DNA of 58,186 nt, counting the filler, from Dugesia japonica (taxonomy: Eukaryota): assembly GCA_001938525.1 (NCBI GenBank). It is 5 parts of 5 records of this genome, joined end to end, with 100 filler letters (N's around TTAATTAATTAA, not from the genome) between each part and the next. Parts side by side here need not be neighbours in the genome. Positions count along the whole stretch, not along the records: positions 16,233 to 31,306 come from MQRL01603240.1; positions 31,407 to 40,382 come from MQRL01533195.1; 3 more parts are not named here. One strand, 5' to 3'. The position numbers and the translations under genes are program-made. How positions within the stretch are numbered: position 1 is the stretch's first letter; every line of letters starts with the position of its first letter. Below the pieces are notes generated by a model. It saw nothing but the letters and a program-made list of their open reading frames with translations, was not told the DNA's origin and did not search any database. Positions 24,480-36,900 of this stretch are shown piece after piece.

Positions 24480-27400
24480 CATCTTCCAATTTTTATTTAT
24501 TTAAATTGTATAAAAACCCAAAAATATTGTTATGTTTATTCAAATCTTTTTTAAAAGCAGATACGTGCAAATAAAAAATTTTTAAAAAATAGTTTATTCT
24601 GAAACTTTCTTTAGGATCATAAATTTGTTCATCTACCCATTCATACGCAAATAATTTTCTATTTCGTCTGCGACGTTTTGTTTCAAATTCTGAAGATATT
24701 TTCAATTCACCTGCACTCACTTTAGCTTTCTTTAAACATGATTCAAAACCGGATTTTCTAAATTCTTCAAAATATACCAAAAGNTCTCTTAGATGAGAAA
24801 CGGATACATCTATCTGCATTGTAGAAGTCTGTAGTACTTTGCTGACGAAATTGACTTTTGATAATAAATCATACCAAATAGTCAGGCTAACAATAAATTC
24901 AAATTTGGTGAGTTTCTGCTCAATGGAAATTATTTCACTTTTAATTCTATTATCAGATAATGCATTTGAAATCTCAACTAAATCAGTTTGGAAATATTAA
25001 ATTTGATGCAATACTGCTTTTCCACTTTCTGCACTACATTACCAACGTGTTTCAAATAAGGATTTTTGTGGAAAACATTTAACGTGTTTTTTCAATATGT
25101 CCCAGCGTGATGTTGATGCCGCAAATATATTGTAGATCAATGGTCTGCAACATACGCCCCATCCAGTATTTTATTTTTGCCCTGCAAGACTTTTATTACC
25201 ATCTTGTTATCCGGCCCGCTTTGGTCTTACTTTATTTATACTTTAAAAAATATTAACCTTTCAAAAAATTCAATTACTATTGTGTTTACNGCTAAATTTT
25301 GATTGCCAAATTTTCTGAAGGGTTACTGATTGTTGTTATGTTACGCTTTGTAGTTGTAATAACCAAATTCACATCTGATCTGTTAAAAATATGCAAATTC
25401 ATTTCCAACCAAACTTTTGCTTTTAAAAAAACAATTGACGTTTGGTATTTGTTCTTTGTAAATTCTTCTCAAGTATATGGAAAATTATAATGTTATGTTA
25501 TGAATATACAATTGTAGATTGTAGGTAAGTAGTAATAATTAAAAAAATTTATGAGTATAAGATTATCTAATTATTTATTAATATATTAATTATTTTAATA
25601 TGTTTAACTGAAGTGTAATTTCAAAAGCTAACCAAAAAAGTGAATAACAAAATAACTTAGTAATCGAAATCAAATTTCAATATTGCAACTAGTAAGTTTT
25701 TTATTATTGCAATACCAACTGTTAAATGTTGTCTAAGTTTTAATAGAACTATAAAATCTTTTTGTTCATTAATATTTGCTACATATAAATGTTTTATATA
25801 TTTTTAGCAAACATCAGTATAAAATATTTTATTATAAACGCCTTCAGCAATATTGTCAAAAACGAAAAGTAGATTCGGAAGCAAGGATTTTCAATCAAAA
25901 ATGGACATATGACTATTTTTTCGTAAAATATAATAAGAAACCGTGCTGTCTTATTTGTGGAACGACAGTTGATGTATTTAAGGAATATAATGTACAACGG
26001 GACTATAACTCACAACATAAAAAGGAATACAGCCTGCTTCAAGGTAGTTCAAGAACAACAGAAATAAATAAAATGAAGATTTCTCTGACAAAGCAGCAAA
26101 CTTATTTCCACAAAATATATAACAAAAAGGAATCACTAATACGAGCAGGCTATAAAGTTGCATATTTAATTGCACGCACTGGAAAAACTTACTGAAGGCG
26201 AATTTTTAAAACAATTTATGCAAGAAGTTATTGGTGAAGTTTTACCAGAAAATAAAAATTTAATTTCAGATTTAAGCCTTTCAGCACGAACTATAACCCG
26301 CCGAATAGAACATATAGGGAGTGATCTCTTTGAAACGTTAATAAAACAAGCAAATACGTTTCAATATTTTGCAATTGCTCTGGATGAGAGCAGTGATATT
26401 AATGATACAGCTCGACTTATTATATTTATCCGGGGTATAAATAGTGAATTCGAAGTATGTGAAGAGTAAGCTGCTTTGTGTAGTATGAAAGGTACAACAA
26501 CATCTGCAGTTATATTGGTTCATGTTGAACAAATTATTGAATCATTAGGATCGAATTGGAAAAATCTAAAAGGCATTATAACAGATGGTACCCGCAACAT
26601 GTGTGTCATAAGACTGGTGTCAGTGTAAGCAGGAAAGTGACAGATTCAGGTGGTGAAATTCCAAGCTTTGTGCATGAAAATTTTAAAATGGAAATCAGTT
26701 CTGGATGTAGTAATTTCTATAATAAATCTAATAAGGCGACACGGTTTGAACCACCGCCAATTTCAAGAATTTTTAGCAGAAATTGAATCCGAGTACGGTG
26801 GTGTACTTTATCATACTGATATTAGATGGTTAAGCACTGGTAATGTCCTTAAAAGATTTTTTTTTAAAAGCTATTGATATTTTTTTAGTTAAAAAAAGAA
26901 AAAGCAGAATGGAATTGTTAGATGCGGAATGGCTACTTGATTTAGCTTTTTTAATTGATATCACTTCGTTGATGAATGAATTAAATTTAAAACTACAAGG
27001 CAAAAATAAATTGGTGCACGAATGTCTTTCTGATATTAAAGCTATTGAAATGAAATTACGATTAATCAAAACCAACTTTTTAGGGAAAAAGTTACATAAT
27101 TTACCATTTTGCTCAATTTTTATGGAAAATAATCCATATTTAAATTTACTTAAATTTGGAGATTACATTGATATGCTTCAAAATAAATTGGAATCACNNN
27201 NNNNNNNNNNNNNNNNNNNNNNNNNNNNNNNNNNNNNNNNNNNNNNNNNNNNNNNNNNNNNNNNNNNNNNNNNNNNNNNNNNNNNNNNCAAAAAAAAACT
27301 GCTATAACTGAAAATTTCACGATATCTCCTAAGAGTAAATTCAGATTATGGCAACCACATGAAATGTAAAAAGCTTTTGGATTTTCACGTGAAATATATG

Positions 27401-28740
27401 ATTGCACTCTTTTATACACTTCTTTCATATTGGCTCCGTTTTTGTATCCTTGGTCTCGGCAGTCAAATAGCTTCAGAACTGTGGTATTTAAAACATCCTT
27501 TATTGTCACAGATAAGCCCTTTCTCGTAGTGTCGTATACTCTTACAAATGCTATAAAATATTCCAGAATTTTTACTTTCCTTTCATTTATATCAACACAG
27601 CGTAAGACAACTGATAGTGGGTACTGATGACTAATATCAAGAGTACAATCGAGTACATAGAATAATATTTGAAGTACTTTATCAATTCTATTATTTTATT
27701 TTTAACTTTATTTCCAAAAGAATTAATTAATTCATTTTGAATTAAATGAGACAAATAACAGTTTCTCCTTTTTTTCTTGCATTTTAAATTAAGATGATCT
27801 TTTAAAACCGGATCAAATCGAGCAATCAGTTCTAATAAACAAAAAACGTTGTCATTGTGCGATGAATATAGCGTATCACTACTTCATCAGAAAGCTAAAT
27901 TATGTTCAGATAAATATAAAATTGCTCCGATTGTACGTTGACAAACTTTTTCCCAACAAAGTGTTTCAATCTCAATTATCCGTTCATGTTCTTGATCTCT
28001 TGTATTACCAATGTTTAGATTGTGTTCAGTTTGAAGCCAAGTCTGCATAGATTTTATATGATGCACTGATCGCACATGCGTTTTAAGACTTTGACTCAAA
28101 TGAATCCAATCATTAAAACCATTATTGTATAATGATACATCAGTTTCGGTATCCATAAACATTTTACATGGGAAACACCATACTTTCTTCATAGTTTTCG
28201 AATAAATTAGCCATCGTCTTTTTAGAGTTTGGCCGTTTGTAACTTTTCTATTGTAATATTTTCTAGAGAAAGATCTCTTATTTCTGTCTATAGAAAAATC
28301 GAAATTATTTATTTGAACAGGACCATGCTGAATTAAAGCTATTCTGATGTTTCGATATTTTACTTGGCCATGTACCAGAGTCTTCAAAATCTAATAGATT
28401 AATTTCTTCTGCGGTTTCAATATCAAATTTTTTATTAAAAATCATTACAGGGTTTTATTATGGATCACTATTAAAAATAATATTATTACTTACCGCATTA
28501 TTATTTTCATCAAGTCTGTTACCAGCACCATCACTATCTGTATCTCCAACTTCCATATTGCGACTGTGAGCTTCTACTTCTACATTACTACTGTGAGCGA
28601 ATGCAGTATTAGACACGTTGACGACATATTTTAGCATACTATTACTTTGTTTTTTCTCCAGTAATTCACACTTTAATTTGTTCTTAAGTTTTTCACTTCC
28701 ACTTAAATATTTTATTCCTCGGTCTCTTCCTATTTTGTCA
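24480..28740 (-). mobile_element. hAT transposase pseudogene (ZMYM1-like, TTF-type zinc finger/DUF4371), split by a nested element
   Basis: KRRWLIYSKTMKKVWCFPCKMF..GFNDW..L..H..S..H; YLSEHNLAF; LDCTLDISH; DCRDQGYKNGANM; CGCHNLNL; FAASTSRWDIL; ETRW; FEEFRKSGF; ESFRINYF. Confidence 0.88.
25138..27197 (+). mobile_element. hAT transposon (SPIN/GTF2IRD2-like) nested in the ZMYM1-like hAT
   Basis: End caatggtctgcaacatacg...ccggcccgc after target ttgTAgat. Transposase motifs KRKVDSEARIFNQKWTYDYFF..CLIC..KEYNVQR, LSARTITRR, IALDESSDINDTA, TDG, GLNHRQF..YHTDIRWLS, LAFLIDIT..LNLKLQGK. Right end lost in the N gap. Confidence 0.92.
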
Positions 28741-29157
28741 ACTTAAATGTATACAATGTATAAATATAGGCAAATCTGCCATTTATACCAAATTACTGAG
28801 TATATATTTACCTATTTATCAATTAAAATTATAATATTTATTATATTATATACACAAACACTAGAAATTAATTATTTTTATACAAATTTAGCAAGTTCAA
28901 TTTAAAGACAAAAAAGTTAAATACACGACAACAACCAATTTGGCAGAATTCTCAAAATACATTGCCAAAAATACAAAGTTGGTATATTCTTTGGTTTTTC
29001 AAATATTTTTAAAAACAAAATCAACTGCAACAAAGCCAACTGAAACTATTTATTTGAATTTCTTTAAAAAAAGTTTGAATTTGAATTTCCACTAATAGGG
29101 AGCCACTAAAATTTTTCAATTTAATTAATAAAAATAATCTTAAAATTCTTTTTTTCT

Positions 29158-29355
29158 TAAAAACATATCAGCTAGTTAATTTTCTTGAAAAAACATATTA
29201 GTCATGAAATTTTTCTATAAAAAACATATTAGTCACGTAATGTTTCTAAAAAAATATATTACTAGTAACGATATTCTATACAAAATCTCATTAGCGATGC
29301 AATTTTTAATAAAAACATATTAGTCATGCAATTTTTTCTATAATAATCATATTAA
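29158..29355. repeat. Minisatellite, about 30-bp unit, about 6 copies
   Basis: Consensus close to aaaaacatattagtcatgcaatttttctata. Confidence 0.85.
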
Positions 29356-29464
29356 AATGAGAACATTTATTACAACAAAATGATAAAAACATAGAACTGT
29401 TTTCATTAAAATCATAATTTCATGGAACCTTTCCATATATAACTAATAAGTCTATATCAAAAAC

Positions 29465-29820
29465 TTACCTTGTATTTTCGTTATATGGTTTATAAGTACA
29501 TTATTTGCAAAGTTACCATGTATTATTTATATAGCAACCATGTAATATAGAGATTATGAATGTATTATTACATAGTAACCATGTCTTATAGGGTTTATGA
29601 GTATATTATTTACATAGTTACCTTGTATTATTTACATAGCAACCATGTACTTTAAGGATTATGAATGTATTATTACATAGTAACCCTGTCTTATAGGGTT
29701 TATGAGTACATTATGTGCCTAATTACTATGTATTATTTACATAGCAACCATGTAATATAGAGATTGTAAGTGTATTATTTACATAGTAATCCTGTATTAT
29801 TGGAGTTAATAAATATATTA
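29465..29820. repeat. Higher-order minisatellite: 105-bp period built from about 21-bp subunits
   Basis: gcaaccatg occurs at 29534, 29639 and 29744; subunit close to tgtattatttacatagtaacc. Confidence 0.9.
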
Positions 29821-29959
29821 TTTGCAATTTAACTACGAAATAAGAGGCCACCATGCCAAATGCATGTACATGAAATTAAAACCTTATTTATTTACTTATT
29901 ATAAATAAACTACGAGAAAACAATTATCTAATAAAACATTTATTAATACAACATTTATT

Positions 29960-30475
29960 AATTAAACATTTTTATCTCATATTCTTGAGTCATCTTCAAA
30001 ATTTTGTCTTTTAAAATTTCATAATGGTTCGTGTTTTCATTGAACGGGAAATCCGATTGAAGTTCTATGATGAAATTGTTCATAACTTGAAACACGTAAA
30101 TTCCGGTTGGTGCAATAAATGATTAAAATATTCATTCATCATCAACCGAATATATTCATGAAGAATTTCTGGAAATCTTTCATCTCCAACGCTTATTCTA
30201 AAAAATAATTTAATAAAATAATAAATAATAAATAAAATAAATAATTTTCATAATTTCTGTCTTCAATTTCAGTATAACCACCATCACCATCACTGTCATC
30301 GCCATGAAATGTAATTTCCATCTTTTCATTTTCAATAGTTTTTTCTTTTCATTAATATTTTCATTCCGTTATCATTGCCTTCCATTATATTTTCTATACC
30401 TTCATGGTTAATGTCATTTTCAAATTCTTCCCCTCCTTGGACAGTTTTTTCAAAAAATAATTCACAAGTATTCAT
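29960..30475 (-). pseudogene. Small acidic orphan gene remnant, possibly two exons
   Basis: ATG at 30475 (MNTCELFFEKTVQGGEEFENDINHEG...GDDSDGDGGYTEIED), then an AT-only tract ending ttttttag (about 30197-30255), then ISVGDERFPEILHEYIRLMMNEYF. TATA about 40 bp upstream. Confidence 0.3.
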
Positions 30476-30504
30476 TTTGTAAAAAGTGAATTTATTTTAA
30501 AAAA

Positions 30505-30735
30505 CAGGTCCTACTTATATAAACCCGATAACCAATCATATCAATTATAGTAAATATAAACCAAAAGAGACTCATAAATAATGAGTATGTGTGTATCGGA
30601 ACTAGTATATAAACCCAGTAACCAATCATAACTGTTAAGACAAATATTAACAAATCATATCAATTATAGTAAATATTAACCAATAGGAACTCGTAAATAA
30701 CGAGTATGTGTGTATCCCAACAAGTATATAAGCAA
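30505..30735. promoter_or_regulatory. Duplicated CCAAT/TATA-rich intergenic module, possible divergent promoter
   Basis: tatataaaccc.gtaaccaatcata occurs twice, aatcatatcaattatagtaaatat and gagtatgtgtgtatc occur twice; lies between divergent small ORFs. Confidence 0.35.
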
Positions 30736-31306
30736 AGGTTTACATAACACTAATCACTTTTACAACTCAAAAATGCAAGAAAATCACCTCACTAAAGAAA
30801 ACGTTTCAACAATAATTCTGGAACTTAGGAAAATTACAGATTTCCATAATTACAAGATGTTCTTTTTGAAGACTCTAATTATCTATGACTTCAAAGTAAT
30901 TAATTTTTATTTCATTATAAATTATTATTTTATTTCAAAAACCAGTTTCAATAAAAAATGCAAATTTAGTTTGGTTCAATCTGGAATTCATGAGAAGGAT
31001 AGAAATAGATTAAGCAGGCAAATTGAAGTCAATGAGACTATTGATATAGCCTTTAAAGAACAAGATGGACACAATTATGAAGACGACAGTCAATAGATGA
31101 TTCCAGTGGAGATTAAAGGCTTTAAGAAGTCCATTAATTCGGTATGAGTTATATGGAAAGTTAAAAATATTGCAAATAAGATCTAAATTTGTTTACTTAA
31201 TGTTTACTTAGTGTTATTTTTTTTATTGAAATAAAAATTTATGAAAAAAGTCTTGTTAGATTTAATTATAAAAACAATTTTTAATACAATATTTTAAAAA
31301 ACTAAA

Positions 31307-31406
31307 NNNNNNNNNNNNNNNNNNNNNNNNNNNNNNNNNNNNNNNNNNNNTTAATTAATTAANNNNNNNNNNNNNNNNNNNNNNNNNNNNNNNNNNNNNN
31401 NNNNNN
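31307..31406. other. Artificial assembly spacer
   Basis: 44 N + TTAATTAATTAA + 44 N. Confidence 0.97.
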
Positions 31407-31657
31407 GAAAAAAGCAAACTTTGAAACGATTTCTTTTCTGCTAGTCGTATAATTCATGTATAATCTATAAGTCTAACTTTTGACCTTCCCAATTCTTTTA
31501 AAATAATCGATTACCATTGGAATGGAAACGATTATCAACGACATTTTTACCAAACACTTCGTTTATATTTCCAACTATTTACTTTGTATTGGTTCAAAAA
31601 TATTTCTAATTTTTAACATATCGATTGTTTCTAAAAATTAAAACGTATGCTTAAGAG

Positions 31658-33050
31658 CAATGTTCCCTCNAATTCCTTTTTTTTAGCTGAGCAGAAAAAA
31701 AATTAAATTGCGCAATAATTAAAAATTAAACAAAAATGTCTTAAATTATGTATTCTATTAGTAAAAACATGTTTTCTCTTTCAATAATATACACATATTA
31801 ATTAATTATATTATTATTTTCTTTCTCATCTGTCTTCGTTGTACTTAAAGTAATGGTATACTTTATTAGGTCAATAATATTTTTTGACTTTAAGTGTGAC
31901 TTTATTTTTATTAAGTTACCCAAATGATTTACATTTCAAATGAGCGGAATAATTTGCCAAAATGATGAGAAAGTCAGCGTATTTCATTAAGAGGTCGAAA
32001 CATTATAACTTCATAATCTATTAGACTTGTCATTAATATGTTTTTTAACAGATAAACGATGGAACATCGTTAAAACTGTTCGCAATAACCGCTCTACTTT
32101 TGCAATAATAAGTATACCTTTTCAGGTATTATCTATTCCAAAACCTTCTTTATGTGAAACAGAATTCTGAGCTGTTCAGTGACAAATTTACCACAAAATT
32201 AACGTTGTAATTTCATTTTAGACCCCCAACATTACTGCAGCTCGATCTTTTGCATATCTAAAATAATATTCTTATAAAAACTTTTTATCGACTTCACAAC
32301 TGATTTCCTGTCACATGCGTTTAATTGTATTATACTAGCAAAAGCAGTTTTGTAATTAAATTTAAATCGGTATTTTATATAAATGATTAACATTTTGTGA
32401 ACTGAAATATTAGCGTTTTCACCCATTATTAAGCAATGAAATTGTGCCATTCTTATTTCATTGAAAATTTCTTATTGCATAACGTGGTTGATACATTCAA
32501 CGAATTCAAAAGCATAATTTTACTCCGCCAATTTACTGGAGTATATATTTTCCAAAAGGATTGTTTATTTCATTGAGGCATTTATTTATTTTAATTGCAA
32601 AATAATATTTTGATTTAATCATTCTCAGTTTTTGTTCTTACAATGACCTCTATACGATCGTCACGATCTTGCTGCGTTTCTCTAAGTAGCTGCAAAACTT
32701 CCCATGATAATTGTACACGTGGTATTTTGATCGCTTTAATTTAAGTTTTATGAATAATATGCCGCTTTAAATAGTCGCGCTTCCTGTCAATCCATTTTTT
32801 CACAAGTGTAAATTCTCCACCAAATTTAAACTCAGAGCAAAATGTACATTTAACTGTAACAAATAACTATGTACTTACAAATATTAACTGTTTTGGCAGA
32901 TTAGATAAAACGAATGAAATGAGAATAATTTGGTTTTAATATAAATAAATCTCGTAAAACTACGCAATAATCGAGAAATAAATTGAAATATATTTCGAGT
33001 ATAAAGATTATATAAATTATTACAGAGTGCATACAAGTTATAGAGGAATG
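31658..33050 (-). mobile_element. Deleted hAT transposon (ZNF862/KIAA1586-like transposase)
   Basis: End caatgttccctcNaatt. LIMGENANISVHKMLIIYIK resembles IDESTDISxxKxLIIYI; IIQLNACDRKSV; DRAAVMLGSK resembles DGAxVMLG. Right boundary approximate. Confidence 0.65.
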
Positions 33051-33436
33051 AATTTAAAGTTTAAATTACCGTTAATTTCATGCAAATTTTAATTTATATT
33101 AAAAAATTAATGTAATTAAATTTTTTGAAAGATAGCCAGAGTATAAATAAAATAAATTGAACTCAAATTGATCGTTATTTTTATAAAAAGTATGTAATAA
33201 TAAAGTTTTGGATTGAACTATATAAAAATAAGTGTAACAGAACAATTTGTTTAAAATTAAGTGAATCCTTGAGAATAAAAAAACCACATGTTGAAAAAAT
33301 TGTAAATCAACATAATTTTACAGTAAAATAAACGTTAGTATCTTTGAAAAAAATTAGGTAACTCGCCGTTTAATTAATAATTTAATCACTGAAAGCATAT
33401 GGAATATCAAAGTAAAATTTTAAGTAATCTATAAAG

Positions 33437-33908
33437 CAGGGCTGCCTTAAGAAATTCGGTGCCGTGGGCTACTAAAAGTAATGCGCGCCTTTTTTTGTCG
33501 TATAGTCTTTATTTAGGTATGCATCAGTAACCTATTTCTATCTTTTAGTAGGATTTTAAACATAATACAAATTACATTTAGCTAAAGAAATACACCTGAG
33601 CGGGGAGTAAACATAGGTGGTCTGTTTACATTTAAGTCGTCTATCGAAGTTTATGGCATCATAAATTATTGCAATATCGTTTGTCATTTCAGCACATTTG
33701 AATCTAAAAATCAGTTAAATATTTTAAGAAATTGTTTTAATTTAAAAATACGTGAAAACCAATAAAATGAAAAATGAATTTATTTAAAACTAATAACTAA
33801 ATAACTAATAATAACAAAAAAATTTATATTGTAAATAAAAAGTGCCACCCCAAAAGGCTTGCGTTCTGGGTCTATAGTCCATTTAGTCTTGTGGTTAGGA
33901 CGGGTCTG
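33437..33908. mobile_element. Non-autonomous hAT element (MITE)
   Basis: Ends cagggctgccttaa and ttaggacgggtctg; 8-bp TSD ctataaag/ctgtaaag (7 of 8 match). Confidence 0.75.
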
Positions 33909-36900
33909 CTGTAAAGATCACGAATTTAGTCAACACAATCATGTAAGTTAAGAATAATAGAAAATTTTATTAAAGAAAATTTAAGAAAACAATAAATAAC
34001 TTTGTATTTTTTTAAATTTACAATATGTTGTTATTGATGAATTATTGAAAAATTGTAGATTTTTGTTAAAATTATTTTTTTCCAGAGTCGCACTCTTACA
34101 AGGGTCACATTTTAGAAAGTTGAAAGAAACCTAATTTTCTATCTGCTAATAAAACCTATATAACACGATAGAATAAGCCATCATTTTATCATACCATTTA
34201 TTCTAATCATATTTATTATTTACATAATTATTTTTGTTGAGGTGAAACACCTAGCATAAGAAATAATAATGGCGATAAGTAAGACAGAAGTTGAGAAAAG
34301 GACATGAAAAAGAGAAAGGAATAATCTAGCTGACGAAAGGTCGGGAAAACTTACTTGAAGAAGAAATTAGTAGAAAATTAAAACCTGTGCCATAAATAGA
34401 ACAATCTGGAAATAAAAGGAATAACTTAGTAAACGAAAAGAAAAGAAACGACAGAAACTATCAACAGATAGAGAATACAAAGAAAAAACAAACAATAATT
34501 AAGAGATCAAATAAAATAAATTATATGAACTAAAATAGTTTATTATAAAAAAGAAATTTAATTTATACGATTAATTAATTTATAAGACAAAAATTAGTAG
34601 TAAAAAATATTATAGTTGAGAAAAGTTCAGAGCTTTCAAAAATCTAAACCAGAAGACCGTAGTTAGATGAGAAAAGAAGTTGTAAGGAATTCTAAAGGTT
34701 TGTCTGATAATAAGAAGTCAGGTGGCAGAATTTGAAAATCTTGTCCAATGAAAACACAAAAAAATCAGAGCATATGCATTGGCCAATGAGAAGAAAGAAT
34801 GCATACTAAAATTTAGTATAAATACCCTACAATTTTGGGCATCAATTGTTATAAAATTTTCAACTAAAAATAACAATTGAAATTATCGATTTTAAAGCGG
34901 TAAGAAATTGTCTAATTTTTTATTTTTCAATGAGGCAAAATCAACACAGGTGGAAAAATAAAACGAACCAGTTGGCATGGCAACAAGTGATACACCATAA
35001 GAATAATCATAAGACGACTAGTAGTGTGCGGGTGTGTGAGTATTGAATGACCGAAATGATGCATCAATGATCAATTGGATTAAACAGAAATTAAATGGTT
35101 ACGCACAAGTGCACAGAAGAAAGAACATTATTCGCCAATTAGATACAATACAATCAAATCGTGATACCACCAGCAAAACAATCAGGTGCTTGCTCCGGGC
35201 CATCTATGGCTCATGTAAGTCTTTGTTTAATTTATTTATTCTACAATTTAATGTTTAATGGAATTTTAGTAATGATAATAAACACTTTATGTAATCGAAT
35301 TTTTTTTGGTGATTATAATAAGATTGATAAATATTAAAACATTATATAATGATAAATATATTTTCATTGATTAATGACATTGATTAAATTTTTTTTTATA
35401 AAGATTCATCATATTAATTGTTCAATTAATGGTTTACGTTTATAATGATAAATTATAATTATAATATGAAATTTACTTTTCTCTGAAGATAGATGGGGAT
35501 AAGCAATTCTTTATTATTAATGTTAAACTATTAAAGACAGTAAAAATAGTAATATGAATAAGTATGATAATAATAGTTAATGATGACAATAATAAATAGT
35601 TCTTCCTGATAATAATTCATTAGGCAATAATGCTGGTCGATAATAATTATAAAATTGATCTTTAATAATTGATAAATATTAATAATAATAATTTTCTTTA
35701 ATGAACTCCGGTTATTTAATAGGAGTAGTTCCCTTTATTAGCAATAACTAAATTAATGGCAAATTGTAAGGGTATAAGTGATAAAGATTAACGACCAATA
35801 ATAACTCACAATAGTAATGCTTAACTAATAACCATAAGACACATGGATGATTTCTAAGTATGAATTCAGAACGTTAGGACATTATTGGCAAACTCACTTT
35901 TCCATAATCCTAGATATTAAATCTTGATTACGACAATAATAGCTATAACTCCCGTAATATCTTTTTGATAATCTGCTAAAATGATAATCATGAAAGTAAT
36001 AACAGTCAAATATAATGATGTGATTTAAAACACTACCATCGTCATCATTGACAATAACGATTAAGCGCGCTTCACCGCATAAAGCGAGTATCGTGAAATA
36101 AGAACCCAAACCAAAGGAATGTGATCCTGTACTCCAACTACGGGTTGAGAGTCAACGGCTCCATTCCGAAAATCTAGTTTTTTGGACACTAGATCAATTT
36201 CTTCGCGGGGTTTTACTAGGCCAGACCACCCTTGACACAATTTAATTTTAACCCACTTAGATGGAACCCCAACATTTTTAAAAAATCACAAATATATTAA
36301 ATGGTTTTGAAGTGATTATTATAAAATTAATTTATTTTCTGTTTTATAATTGTAAATGATTCTACAAAACAGATTTATGTCATTAGAAAAATAGTCAAAT
36401 AAATTTAAATATTAAAATTATAAATATAATTTTATAAAAATTGAACAAAAAACATGAAATAAACAAAATATTTCTTTTCATAAAATCTAATTCAAAATAA
36501 AATAATAAAAGAAAGCAAATCATTATTGTTGTAATCCTTGTAGAATTTGTAGAACAAACGTGTTTTTTAAAAATAACATTACTCATTAAAATATTTATTT
36601 GTTTGTTCAATTCACATATTTCAAACATTTTTTAAAGCAAAATATTTTTGTTTAATTGTTTTACTTTAATTAATTTAATTAATGAAATATTTAAAATAAT
36701 ACTTTTAATTTGAGAGTTCATGTGATTATTAAATACTAATTCTTTTTTTTTCATTTTAATAGCACTATTAGTCTCGATAAAGTTTTTCTTACGTATTTAC
36801 TTACCACATCCGTGTAATCCAATCTCTTAGTAATTAGTTTTTTTTCTTTTTCTACACAAAAATAATAATGCAAAAAAGAAATTTTTAGTAGTAAATAGTT

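Noticed and set aside
29158-29820. Repeat arrays as a CRISPR locus
   Set aside because: Units are contiguous and degenerate with no unique spacers, there are no cas genes, and the context is eukaryotic.
31658-32900. PIF/Harbinger transposase
   Set aside because: The motifs (DxAAVMLG, ISVHKMLIIYIK) and the CAATGTTCCCTC end fit hAT better.
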